DNA of 59,573 nt, counting the filler, from Asterionella formosa (Eukaryota), in assembly GCA_002256025.1 (NCBI GenBank). It is 5 parts of 5 records of this genome, joined end to end, with 100 filler letters (N's around TTAATTAATTAA, not from the genome) between each part and the next. Parts side by side here need not be neighbours in the genome. Positions count along the whole stretch, not along the records: positions 23,887 to 35,718 come from NKIB01008133.1; positions 35,819 to 47,647 come from NKIB01008138.1; 3 more parts are not named here. The stretch is one strand, 5' to 3'. The translations under genes were made by a program, and so were the position numbers. The notes under the pieces are model-generated. The model saw only the letters and a program-made list of their open reading frames with translations, was not told where the DNA came from and ran no database searches. Of the stretch, positions 35,421-45,748 are shown piece by piece. Every line of letters begins with the position of its first letter. Positions within the stretch are counted from its first letter, which is position 1.

Positions 35421-35708
35421 CTAAGAAATGATTATCCAATGGTCCATTATTTGTTCTTTTTCACTCCCAAAGAACCTAAGATGGTCCTTCTCGTTTCTTG
35501 TTTTGTCCGAAATTTTGCTTCTCCACTTTTCAACTGCAGTTCGATATGAGTCTGCAAAATTCTTCAATTTGATTCCAGAAGGGCTATCATCAGATACAAA
35601 ATTTTCTTTCAACTTTTTGTCAATTTTGATGCATCCAGAAATTTGGCCAAGAGGTGCATGATTATACCATTTGAAGGGAGCAAGTTTGTCATTACTTTGT
35701 TGTATCAT
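35421..35708 (-). CDS. Hypothetical protein, 3' fragment (possible transposon accessory ORF), cut by the contig join
   Basis: The open frame runs up to the spacer and converges on the transposase-like ORF. No recognisable motif. Confidence 0.3.
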   Translation of the reverse strand: MIQQSNDKLAPFKWYNHAPLGQISGCIKIDKKLKENFVSDDSPSGIKLKNFADSYRTAVEKWRSKISDKTRNEKDHLRFFGSEKEQIMDHWIIIS

Positions 35709-35718
35709 GGATTTTACG

Positions 35719-35818
35719 NNNNNNNNNNNNNNNNNNNNNNNNNNNNNNNNNNNNNNNNNNNNTTAATTAATTAANNNNNNNNNNNNNNNNNNNNNNNNNN
35801 NNNNNNNNNNNNNNNNNN
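35719..35818. other. Artificial contig-join spacer
   Basis: N44-TTAATTAATTAA-N44. Confidence 0.95.
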
Positions 35819-36223
35819 TTCAGATGCACTGGAAGAAGTAACATTGCACCTCTATTGTGACTAAATAGTATAGTAGAGCAGTGATATTGTTGTGGTGGCA
35901 TATATTTCACCTGTCAGAATGTGTCTATTGTTTTAGACTGTTGATGTTGACACATGTCCAAAGGCTAGATGTAGGATGATGAATGTCTTCATTTATGATT
36001 ATCCATGCATAATTATATATACATATTAGCTATACACCGGTACAATAATGAACCTCTGTGTGTCTGTGTACGTTATCCATTCATCTTTCTTTGCATTCGT
36101 AGTTTGATTGACACAGGAAACTGTCGTAAAGGGCAGTGGTCGAGACCGAATTAATGGCTTTTCATCGCAGTCTCTCTCTCTCTAGTATCTCTCTCGCTGG
36201 CCAGATCTGTAGTTGTTGCGTTC

Positions 36224-39200
36224 ATGATGAGGGAAACTAATCATGACTATAATAATATCAATATCAAGGAAACATATGAGATGGAGTCGAAAGCCTGTGG
36301 ACCTAGCGGCGTCATTGTCAGCTTGCAGGAGAAGACTATCCTCCGACTTACAGAATCTTCTAATGTGCATGTAAATGTGCATGTAAATGTGCATGTAAAT
36401 GAGAATGTGAATGAGAAGAGCGGAAATAAGAAGGTGCAGGAGAAGACTATCCGCCGACTTACAGAATCTTCCATTGCGCATGTGCATGTGACTGTGAACG
36501 AGGAGAGCGGAAATGAGAAGGAAATTGAGATGGAATCTCAAATTGACGCCGGAACAGTCGTCAATTTGCAGGATAGTACTATCCTTCGATTGACATCATC
36601 ACCATCGACAAATGGGGAAACAGAGAAATCTAGAATTGCTCAGCATGTTCTGGCACCCAATAAGCAGGAGCAGAATGATACTGCACACACGTCATTCAAT
36701 TCCGAAAAAGAGATTCATTCTGGGAAAGATGACATTGATTCGCCAAGTCAGAGCCGTCAGAATTCCAACTATAAAGTTACACAAGATATGCGTCGTGTCA
36801 CTGCTCAAGCATCAATGCGCGTGACTCCTGAAGTTTCTGTGCCTGGAGCCTTTAGAATCGATGGAATGGACGGACCACGTCCTGAACTTCACGAGGAAGC
36901 CTCAGGATCGATCACTACACCACATGTGTTGAGCGACGAAGAGAATCAAGACTTTCACCTTATAGCAGAGCTGGTACCATCAATGGAAGAATTTAGGGAA
37001 AGGATACTCAACGAAGTTGTTTATTGTGAGGTATCTGCGAAGCCGATGGAAAATCAGATTGACGCCGGAACAGTCGTCAATTTGCAAGATAGTACTATCC
37101 TTCGATTGACATCATCACCATCGACAAATGGGGAAACAGAGAAATCTAGAATTGCTCAGCATGTTCTGGCACCCAATAAGAAGGAAATTGAGATGGAATC
37201 TCAAATTGACGCCGGAAGAGTCGTCAATTTGCAAGATAGTACTATCCTTCGATTGACATCATCACCAACGACAAATGGGGAAACAGAGAAATCTAGAATT
37301 GCTCAGCATGTTCTGGCACCCAATAAGAAGGAAATTGAGATGGAAGATCAAATTGACGCCGGAACAGTCGTCAATTTGCAGGATAGTACTATCCTTCGAT
37401 TGACATCATCACCATCGACAAATGGGGAAACAGAGACATCTAGAATTGCTCAGCATGTTCTGGCACCCAATAAGCAGGAGCAGAATGATACTGCACACAC
37501 GTCATTCAATTCCGAAAAAGAGATTCATTCTGGGAAAGATGACATTGATTCGCCAAGTCAGAGCCGTCAGAATTCCAACTATAAAGTTACACGAGATATG
37601 CGTCGTGTCACTGCTCAAGCATCAATGCGCGTGAATCCTGAAGTTTCTGTGCCTGGAGCCTTTAGAATCGATGGAATGGACGGACCACGTCCTGAACTTC
37701 ACGAGGAAGCCTCAGGATTGATCACTACACCACATGTGTTGAGCGACGAAGAGAATCAAGACTTTCACCTTATAGCAGAGCTGGTACCATCAATGGAAGA
37801 ATTTAGGGAAAGGATACTCAATGAAGTTGGTTATTGTGAGGTATCTGCGAAGCCGATGGAAGATCTAAGGAGAACCCGTTGTCAACTCACCATCCTTGCA
37901 CTTGTCATGTTTGTGGCAGTATGCGGAATTGTTGGTGCCATAGTTGGTGGGTTGGCTGCGAAATCCAACAGTTCCTTGATCGTTGTTCTGGCTCCATCTG
38001 TATCAACGGTACCGTCGCTCCATCCATCGAATATGCCCTCCTTGTCCATATTCCCGACTCTACAACCAACTTATACTCCTTCTTACTCAATGTCACCAAC
38101 TGACATTCTCATGGGAATTAATTTTATTGTTGCCCTCCAACCTGACATGGGTATCCCTGATCCAGGAACTCCTCAGTTCAAAGCGCTTTTTTGGCTATCG
38201 ATGAACAAACAGATTACGACTTTTAGTGATTCCGAGCTGCGGGCACGATATGCTGTTGCCACTTTGGTTTTTACCAGTAGTCAGAATGTATCCATTCTCA
38301 CAGACGATTCCCATTGCACATGGATTGGTATACAATGTGCTACCGGCAGTTTGGCCAATGCAGGAAATGAGACATTGGATCAAATTACTGGTATCAATGC
38401 AACATCAATTTTTCCAGACTGGAACCAAGGCAACACCACCATTCATAATGAAACAGGATTTTCATTCCCACCAGAGATTGTACTTTTATCTAATTCACTT
38501 GCTTATCTGCGCTATGAAGGGGAGAGGATTAAAGGGAGCATTCCTACTGAGTTTGGACTTCTTTCCAAACTGACCGAGCTGTCGATAAAAAGTCTTGATA
38601 ATTCATTACTCGCTCTCCCAGCAGAGCTAAGTACCTTGTCTGACCTTGAAACACTTCGATATGGAGGATCTTCATTCAAGGTGAATCTAGCACAAGAGGG
38701 TAGAGCTTTGTTGCCAAAGCTTCAAGTTCTTGACATTTCAAATAATGACTTTGCGGGGGGATCAATCCCATCCGTTATTTTCCAATTCAGCCAACTTGCC
38801 CACTTGGACTTATCGTATTGTAACATTGCGGGAAGTTTGCCCAGCGATCTAGAAAATCTCAAGAGTCTCACTGCGCTTAAACTGCGTAACAATTATTTGG
38901 GCAGCGAGATTCCCACCTATGTTTTAACAAAACTTTCACAACTTGAGACACTGGATGTATCATCAAACGTCTTTTCTACATTTGAATCCGATAGTGTGGC
39001 AGTGTATGAAATTCCACACCAGTTTGGTAGTCTTACGGCTCTCACACATCTTGATCTGAGCACTAACTCCTTTTATTCTTCATCTTGGTACCCAATTGCT
39101 AATTTGACCAATTTACATCATTTGGACCTCAGACAAGCCAAAATATCAGGGAGTATCCCTGATACTTTCGATAACTTCACCCAGCTCACATATCTTGATT

Positions 39201-39451
39201 TGAGCCAAAACAAGCTGCGTTCTACTGTTCCTAGTTCTCTATCAAGGATTATATCTCTTGCGTATTTTAACTTGACAGGCAACTTCTTGGAAGGCTCCTT
39301 TAACTGCAGTTCATACCCTTCGCAGCTTGTGCTGTTGGGTAACTTAGCTGTCGACTGTCTAGGTGAAAGAGCAAGCTGCAATGCATCCGCTGCAAAAGAG
39401 TTCTTCTTTGGAACCTGTTCGGGTTTGCTGAATTGCACTGGTTGTATTTGA
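36224..39451 (+). CDS. Type II membrane leucine-rich-repeat receptor-like protein (no kinase domain)
   Basis: 1075-aa intronless ORF. Repetitive N-terminus with PGAFRI motifs and no signal peptide, TM helix LTILALVMFVAVCGIVGAIVGGL, PS/PT stalk, TPQFKALFWL...RYAVATL, cap HCTWIGIQC, plant-type LRRs (LxxLxxLDLSxNxLxGxIP) and a Cys-rich end. Confidence 0.9.
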   Translation: MMRETNHDYNNINIKETYEMESKACGPSGVIVSLQEKTILRLTESSNVHVNVHVNVHVNENVNEKSGNKKVQEKTIRRLTESSIAHVHVTVNEESGNEKEIEMESQIDAGTVVNLQDSTILRLTSSPSTNGETEKSRIAQHVLAPNKQEQNDTAHTSFNSEKEIHSGKDDIDSPSQSRQNSNYKVTQDMRRVTAQASMRVTPEVSVPGAFRIDGMDGPRPELHEEASGSITTPHVLSDEENQDFHLIAELVPSMEEFRERILNEVVYCEVSAKPMENQIDAGTVVNLQDSTILRLTSSPSTNGETEKSRIAQHVLAPNKKEIEMESQIDAGRVVNLQDSTILRLTSSPTTNGETEKSRIAQHVLAPNKKEIEMEDQIDAGTVVNLQDSTILRLTSSPSTNGETETSRIAQHVLAPNKQEQNDTAHTSFNSEKEIHSGKDDIDSPSQSRQNSNYKVTRDMRRVTAQASMRVNPEVSVPGAFRIDGMDGPRPELHEEASGLITTPHVLSDEENQDFHLIAELVPSMEEFRERILNEVGYCEVSAKPMEDLRRTRCQLTILALVMFVAVCGIVGAIVGGLAAKSNSSLIVVLAPSVSTVPSLHPSNMPSLSIFPTLQPTYTPSYSMSPTDILMGINFIVALQPDMGIPDPGTPQFKALFWLSMNKQITTFSDSELRARYAVATLVFTSSQNVSILTDDSHCTWIGIQCATGSLANAGNETLDQITGINATSIFPDWNQGNTTIHNETGFSFPPEIVLLSNSLAYLRYEGERIKGSIPTEFGLLSKLTELSIKSLDNSLLALPAELSTLSDLETLRYGGSSFKVNLAQEGRALLPKLQVLDISNNDFAGGSIPSVIFQFSQLAHLDLSYCNIAGSLPSDLENLKSLTALKLRNNYLGSEIPTYVLTKLSQLETLDVSSNVFSTFESDSVAVYEIPHQFGSLTALTHLDLSTNSFYSSSWYPIANLTNLHHLDLRQAKISGSIPDTFDNFTQLTYLDLSQNKLRSTVPSSLSRIISLAYFNLTGNFLEGSFNCSSYPSQLVLLGNLAVDCLGERASCNASAAKEFFFGTCSGLLNCTGCI
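36517..37860 (+). repeat. Nested coding duplications in the LRR gene (810-bp offset duplication plus 147-bp units)
   Basis: The block QIDAGTVVNLQDSTILRLTSSPSTNGETEKSRIAQHVLAPNK occurs 4 times. The block QEQNDTAH...EVSAKPME occurs twice, 810 bp apart, and the copies are nearly identical. Confidence 0.93.
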
Positions 39452-40963
39452 GCAACCAAATACCATGTTCATAGCTCTCTTACGCCCAACACTCTAATCA
39501 AGGTGATGCGATTGAAACAATTTCATATATTTCAATGGCTCGACTTGTATAGCTTATAATGACTAGCAAATCAGGTCAAGATACTTAGATCCCTGCATTC
39601 TAGCTTCAAATACTTCTCATAGTAGTATTGGTACAAAGTCTAAATGTTTTGTGTTTTTGGAATATCAACATGTTCTAGAGCTCGTGTGTTCAACGGGTTT
39701 TATTTCAATTGCATGGAAGTACCATGCTATGAAATCCAGTTTGTTGATGCTAAGTCTCATAAGAAATGCGAACGATGTTAGTCTGCCTTTTTATTGATAT
39801 GGATTTACCTTTTGCATCTCATTTCACTGCACAAAATCTTCGTGTAAGGAGGGCGAACTCCTTGATGCAGCTGCCAGCAGAGTTAATTCCCGATTCTGTA
39901 TTAGATAAACTCATGTACAGCATAAGATAGGTCCTCGTCAAATGGGATATTACTCGTGATCAATTTTTCCCTGTTCTGTAGATCTATGCATTTATAATTA
40001 GAGGTGACACCAACAAGCAAGGAAAAATACAGTAGATGAATCCAAACATGTTTTTGTTACCAGCCCTGGTTCAGATTGTATGATATGATTGACTGCCACA
40101 AAAGGTAAACATTAGATCATGGCAAAGATAAAAGGGCAGTGATTTTGTAAGAGCTTGACTGCCCCTCTCATTGCAATGGGCGCAAAATTTATTGAAACCA
40201 ACATAGAGTCAGATGAAAAGAGACTTTTAACCATGCTCATCCAGATTCTTTTCATTGGCTGCCAAATGACCGAAATCCATCCAGCAGCGCGCATCATTCA
40301 CTTGAGAAATGTTCAGACAAATTTTAGAAAAGACACAATCAAACAAACGACGACGACACAGTAATCCAGGTTCTCGATCCACCGGCAAGACTAGTGTTAC
40401 TCATGGACCTGGCTATAAACACTGATGGCAAATTGTTTTTTACAAGACTTTCGCATGAGGGAGTGGTCACCCCAAACTCTCCACTGCCGCACCATGTTTT
40501 CTGGGCCATGGAGCGCAATGAATATAATCCTCTTGCTTGGTTAGTACTAATTCGCTATAAAAGTTATTGAAATATGATATCCAAAGATATGACCATGATG
40601 ATTCATCCTGCATTGCACTCAAATGGCATAAACTATTAAAAATGTCCCTCAATTATTATAATGCTGCAAAAACCAAGAAATTTATTCGTTCCTGAATAAA
40701 CCAGGGCTATTGGACTGATTATGTTAAGATTTTCACACTTGGGTCATATTGTCACTGACAAAATGTATTGCTGAAGCTTCTTTTTAGTTTATCAAAAGGT
40801 GGACTACCCAAGTTGTACACAATGATGGCCATGTTTAATCTTTTTAAAATTCAATGGAAATGGCAGTATGTAGTGTCATCTTAGGATGTGGGAAATGAAC
40901 TTTTGAGACCCTAAAGCTTAGACTGTTCCAAGGTTAAAAGTACATACTAGTCCACTGCTAATT

Positions 40964-42205
40964 CTATGATTGAGGGGTGGTCCCTCGCCTGGAATGTCCT
41001 CCCCTTGATGTATTATAGTATGGCCACTCATTCTTCGAGAGTCCACCAAGTTCATCCACTCTAACTTCTAAGTCATGAATTCGACGTTCCTTTTCACTGA
41101 CATCCCGGTGGAGTGCTTTGTGCTGGGAATTGAGTCTATGATATTCCAATTGAGCGCACTCCAGTGCCGCTGCCAAATGAGTTATGGTTGTCATGGTTTT
41201 TCCCCATGTTGGACTGGTGTTGGAAAAATACTTGTCCACCGTGTCAATGGGTTGCAATGACCTCCAGCCTTCCATGGAGAGTGATTTCGAGCACCTATAG
41301 GAAAGCTTCACGAGCTGCTTTATTTCCTCTTGATTGGTGCCTTTAGGAGTATCAATGTTGTTGGCCAAATGTCCAATGAAATGAGAAGCGGCTTCAACTC
41401 CAATACATGGCATTACCTCTGGGTCGGTCAATTCATTCAACAAGGTACATGTGACTGCCTCAGCGTTGTGGTCTAGGTAGCGAGACACGACCAAGCTTAA
41501 ATGACACGGCTTGCAGGCCAAATGTTTGGAGTGTAAAATTTGGCTAAAGAGCTCTGGGGGTAACTGTCCAAGCATGTCCGAATGTATCTTCGAACAGAGC
41601 TTGGCGCATGCGATTTCCGAGGCCACGACAAGGCGATGATCTCCAAACTTATGTGCCTCCAGAAGGTACATGATGCACGTAGTTTCATCCAGTTCACGTT
41701 CAATGATCTTATTGACTTCCACCATGAGCGCTCGACATCTGAAGTAATTCGCCAAATACCTCAAGCTCACTGCATTCCCTACCGCATTTCCATCACTTGC
41801 TTGAACAATCCGTTCCCAGCCTCCATACATGAAATCCAGCATGACAGGAAATGCGTCAGCCGCTCCCGGCAGGTCCAATGTAATGCGACTTGTGCTTTCC
41901 TGGTTCTCTATAGTGAACCTACTTCCACGAAAGAGCGTTTCAAAGTATTCAGACTTACGCAACCCGACCCCGAGGATGGCCCGATGCACGTGATAGGTCT
42001 GGATAGTTCCTTCGTCCGTATTATGGATGATTATTTTCCAATCACTCAAGGATTCCTCTGGGTTGCCGCGCCAAGACAGTACTTCGCTATTGGAGTCATC
42101 AACAAACCCGTCCTCTCGTTCGTCGGATTCAAAGAAGCGCTCGCAGTTGGTCTTGCTGCTATGGGTGGGACGACTTGGCGGTAGCGACGACGAATCTTGC
42201 GCCAT
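40964..42205 (-). CDS. BTB/POZ-domain protein with C-terminal coiled coil
   Basis: LSWRGNPEESLSDWKIII...YHVHRAILGVG.RKSEYFETLF...AFPVMLDFMY...LRYLANYF, followed by a BACK-like helical region. Single 413-aa ORF. Confidence 0.88.
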   Translation of the reverse strand: MAQDSSSLPPSRPTHSSKTNCERFFESDEREDGFVDDSNSEVLSWRGNPEESLSDWKIIIHNTDEGTIQTYHVHRAILGVGLRKSEYFETLFRGSRFTIENQESTSRITLDLPGAADAFPVMLDFMYGGWERIVQASDGNAVGNAVSLRYLANYFRCRALMVEVNKIIERELDETTCIMYLLEAHKFGDHRLVVASEIACAKLCSKIHSDMLGQLPPELFSQILHSKHLACKPCHLSLVVSRYLDHNAEAVTCTLLNELTDPEVMPCIGVEAASHFIGHLANNIDTPKGTNQEEIKQLVKLSYRCSKSLSMEGWRSLQPIDTVDKYFSNTSPTWGKTMTTITHLAAALECAQLEYHRLNSQHKALHRDVSEKERRIHDLEVRVDELGGLSKNEWPYYNTSRGGHSRRGTTPQS

Positions 42206-43023
42206 TGATCACAACAGGAGCCTCTGTATTTTCGATGTTGAGAGTCAACTTTGGGGTTCAACACAACGGGAGTGCAGGATGATTGATGCACAAGCGAAGT
42301 GTTGCACTGCTGTTATATGTAGTTGCTTTGATTTGAAGTGATGTTGCCGACGGTTTGGTTAGAACTTGGCCGATCCGCCTCGCAATCGATTCAGCCGGAT
42401 GATTGCATCATTGGACAAACAGGATTTTATCGTGCGTTCTGTCGTGATTGTCATCATCAGCAGTGTTCTTGTAATACTGTCATTTAACATATACATATAT
42501 GAATAAGTGTATAATTCCGATTAAATCAATTATTATAGGGATCATTTTTCAAGTAGCAGCAACTTGAACATAATATTGATATTATATAGTAAGAATTGAC
42601 TGCGGGTAGAGTGGTAATACAAAGTCTGATTTTTATTTACTATGTAGTGTAATCTGTGAATGTAGTAGGGGGGGAAATCTGGTTATCTGCGACTACAATG
42701 ATAAAAGGAGTTAATCCATGTGACAATTTTACCATTTTGTATATATGTAAGAATTGCACGATATTACATGTCATGCATTCAGAATCGCCTCTGTGGCAAT
42801 AAATAGTTTGCCGGTACAGTCATAAGTACATGTATCGTTGGCGAACACTTTCCTACCGGTATTCCATATTAAGGGCCCAACAAAATATTCCATTTATGAA
42901 AAAGTTTCGCTAGCATCCCCTTGTGTTCAGGGGATACAACCAAGGAAACTAAGGAATTACTCAGCATCGGACGAGGCCCGACATTTAGATTTTTAAACAA
43001 GAAGGGGTTGGCCTAGTAGCAGC

Positions 43024-45525
43024 TTATTCATACTCATATTCAAACAAAAGATTCGAGTCCTCAGGTTCAATGCGGTCGTTCGGATCATCATCGTTTTCTG
43101 TTCGGGGATGAGCGCCAACTCCATTCTTGTCATTCCAGACCTCGTCGTCAATTTCATTTTCATTTTCAGAAATTTGGTCTTTGTCAATGACATTTCCATT
43201 TATGTAGCTCCAATCTTCGTCCAGACTGGTACTTTTGTCCGGCTTTTTGGACTCCTGATCGTCACTACTCTCGTGATGAGCGCCAGCACCATTTCTTTTA
43301 TTCCAGCCCTTGTTACGGTCACTACTTATGTCCTGATTTTTCTTTATTTCGTCATTAGAGAAACATGTGTCAAAGACCGGTACTTGACACCCGACTCCAG
43401 CGTCGTCATTCCAGTTCTCCTTGATTGACGCTTCTTGAGACTCAGCACTGTGGACCATAACGACCGATTCGTCGCAGCTGATGACTGGATCCTCAGCGCG
43501 AGGCATAGTAAGCAGCGGGTTCAATGCGTTGCTTTCAAGACAATCCATAGAACTGTCGACATAATCAGCGAGTTGCCTAAGGGTTTTCGGATCACCTTCA
43601 ACTTTACCCGCAACGTAATATCTGTCAAGATCAATGACTTGTTCTGACGTTACATAGCGGAAAAGCATGGCTTCCGATGGCGACACCTTCTTCCCAATAT
43701 CAACGCTTGATTGTGAGGTATTCGCAGATTGGGATAGTAGTTCACGTCCAGGCATTTCTTCCGCCATCAACAAGAATGTCTGACCGTTTGAGTGATAGAG
43801 TGGAACACCCAAAGAATGATCTGAACAATCGTCGGTGTCGGTCGACCTAAGTAGTATTGCACAATCATTTTTGCAGAGATAATCTAGCAGCAGGCTGAAT
43901 AGAGATTTCATCTCCTCGTATTTTACATGGTCATCATCAAAGGCGGCGGCGACTGCCAGTGGTGTCCCAAACATCATTGCACCGTCTACACACGAAAGGG
44001 GAACAAGCTGAACGATTTGAAAAATTGCAGCAGTAATGCGCTGCAAATCAACAAGAAGTCCATTGGCCGCCGCAGAGTCAGCGCGAAATGGCAAAATCTT
44101 GTATTTAGCCTCAAGGCAAACTGCACATTGTGTTCCATCGCAGGTCTCTGGCAATTCAAAGGTAAAAAGCCCCCGACGATGCGATAACATTCTCCTGACG
44201 AACGAGCGTTCTAGAGAGTTAAAACCAAGGGAATCGTTCTGTTTCAAAGTAAGCTTGATAGCCACTGGGTTTGATGGATCATCAAAGGCACGATAACTGA
44301 AATCATCTCTGGATCGCTCCATTAGTTGCTTTCTTATGGTTGTGATACATTCGTCAAGCGACTGCTTGTGAGAGGGGAGGCCGTCAGTGAGAATCATGTG
44401 ATCCACGAGAATTTCCATAGAGTTGTTTTCCACGACGCCCTTATAGTCTTTGCACCGCAAAATGATCGAGTTTGTCTGCAGTATAACAATTTCTATAGAC
44501 CTGATGGACCCATTCTGAAAAAAGTCTCGAACTCTGTTCCAGAATCGATTGACTCCGTGCTGATGAGCTTCCGTGTTTGTATCACAGAGGCAAGCAACAT
44601 CACTTGATAAAATAGTAACATCCATAGCGACAGGTACCAGTCCAATATGGTTCATTTTCTTTTCTGCTTCCACTGCTGCTTGCACCATATCAATCCATAT
44701 TTGCCAAGTTGCATGTGGCAAAAGCCGAATCGGAAGTTTGACTGAATCCTTGCACTTTAAATTTCCCGCGTTGATTGGAGGACTGATCGCGAGAGTTGGT
44801 AAAAGTTTCTCCAATGCTATTTTGAACGCTTTGTTGTTGTTGCTATCTACCATGGTCTCCAACTCTGACAAGTTACCTTGGTCAATGCGACGTGCCGTTG
44901 CCCCAAGCGTACCTCGCGATTTTTTGTTTCTTCTTCGGAAGGACCCCTTTGAATTTTCAATGCAAGCAGTGCATCCTAATATGAGAGGAGCAGCCCCTCG
45001 CTTGGCCAGTCTTGATAATGATAAAAGCGCATTGGTCCTGAATGTATCAAGTACTTGATTGCCTTCCACAGTATCAAGTCCTCTCGTATCCACCAAGCAA
45101 GCATGACGAATGTGTTCTGAGATGTTTCCGGTAGTAGGAGAAAGGTTTGGTGTTGGAGGCTGCTTCACGTTGCTTCCAGGAAATAATACTGCTTTCTGCG
45201 GAATGATGTAGGGTAGATTTGGCAAAGTATCTGAATTTGCTAATTCAGCAGTACCTGCCTCTAGTTGCACGTTGTTGGGCTTGGTGCTTCTGCTCGTTTT
45301 GTGTTCTACAACAATCGCTCTCCGCTTCATCTCGGGTCCATCAGTGTGGTCGTCTTCCCAGTTGAGCAGCTCGTCTTCGAGGAGATCCTGTGTATCAGCG
45401 ATCCTGGAAGGAGCATCCATATTGGCGCCCGCCATCATGATGGGCTTGTTCATCTTCCGTCGTCGTCCCTTCATCCTAGTACTCGTCGTCAATCTATTAT
45501 CTGATGGATCATGAATGCGAGGCAT
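43024..45525 (-). CDS. Hypothetical 833-aa protein; C-terminal half resembles meiosis 1 arrest protein (M1AP)
   Basis: Long intact ORF. The similarity is recalled from motifs only (MMFGTPL; LFSLLLDYL; FLLM; YVTSEQVI; VDSSMDCLESNALNPL). Confidence 0.75.
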   Translation of the reverse strand: MPRIHDPSDNRLTTSTRMKGRRRKMNKPIMMAGANMDAPSRIADTQDLLEDELLNWEDDHTDGPEMKRRAIVVEHKTSRSTKPNNVQLEAGTAELANSDTLPNLPYIIPQKAVLFPGSNVKQPPTPNLSPTTGNISEHIRHACLVDTRGLDTVEGNQVLDTFRTNALLSLSRLAKRGAAPLILGCTACIENSKGSFRRRNKKSRGTLGATARRIDQGNLSELETMVDSNNNKAFKIALEKLLPTLAISPPINAGNLKCKDSVKLPIRLLPHATWQIWIDMVQAAVEAEKKMNHIGLVPVAMDVTILSSDVACLCDTNTEAHQHGVNRFWNRVRDFFQNGSIRSIEIVILQTNSIILRCKDYKGVVENNSMEILVDHMILTDGLPSHKQSLDECITTIRKQLMERSRDDFSYRAFDDPSNPVAIKLTLKQNDSLGFNSLERSFVRRMLSHRRGLFTFELPETCDGTQCAVCLEAKYKILPFRADSAAANGLLVDLQRITAAIFQIVQLVPLSCVDGAMMFGTPLAVAAAFDDDHVKYEEMKSLFSLLLDYLCKNDCAILLRSTDTDDCSDHSLGVPLYHSNGQTFLLMAEEMPGRELLSQSANTSQSSVDIGKKVSPSEAMLFRYVTSEQVIDLDRYYVAGKVEGDPKTLRQLADYVDSSMDCLESNALNPLLTMPRAEDPVISCDESVVMVHSAESQEASIKENWNDDAGVGCQVPVFDTCFSNDEIKKNQDISSDRNKGWNKRNGAGAHHESSDDQESKKPDKSTSLDEDWSYINGNVIDKDQISENENEIDDEVWNDKNGVGAHPRTENDDDPNDRIEPEDSNLLFEYEYE

Positions 45526-45748
45526 ACTATATAGTGGAAGAAGAATGATTAGTGGCGCTCTGTTTGTGATCTTCTGATGATGTACTCTGTTGGAAATTTA
45601 ATGAGAATCATAATAAAAGATCTGAAATCGGAAAACTGAACACGGCCTGTAACAAGGAGACCTGGTTCTGTCTGGCTGTCGACCGCGTTGGCTGAGTTGA
45701 ATCCCGTCAAAAATATAAAAATTCTATTTTCATCATGGATCGATCAAA

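Noticed and set aside
36517..37860. Repeat-spacer-like pattern suggesting a CRISPR array
   Set aside because: Units are 147-810 bp, in frame within a eukaryotic CDS, with no unique spacers and no cas genes.
39900..40700. Several short ORFs between the LRR and BTB genes
   Set aside because: No motif or consistent splice model could be supported.
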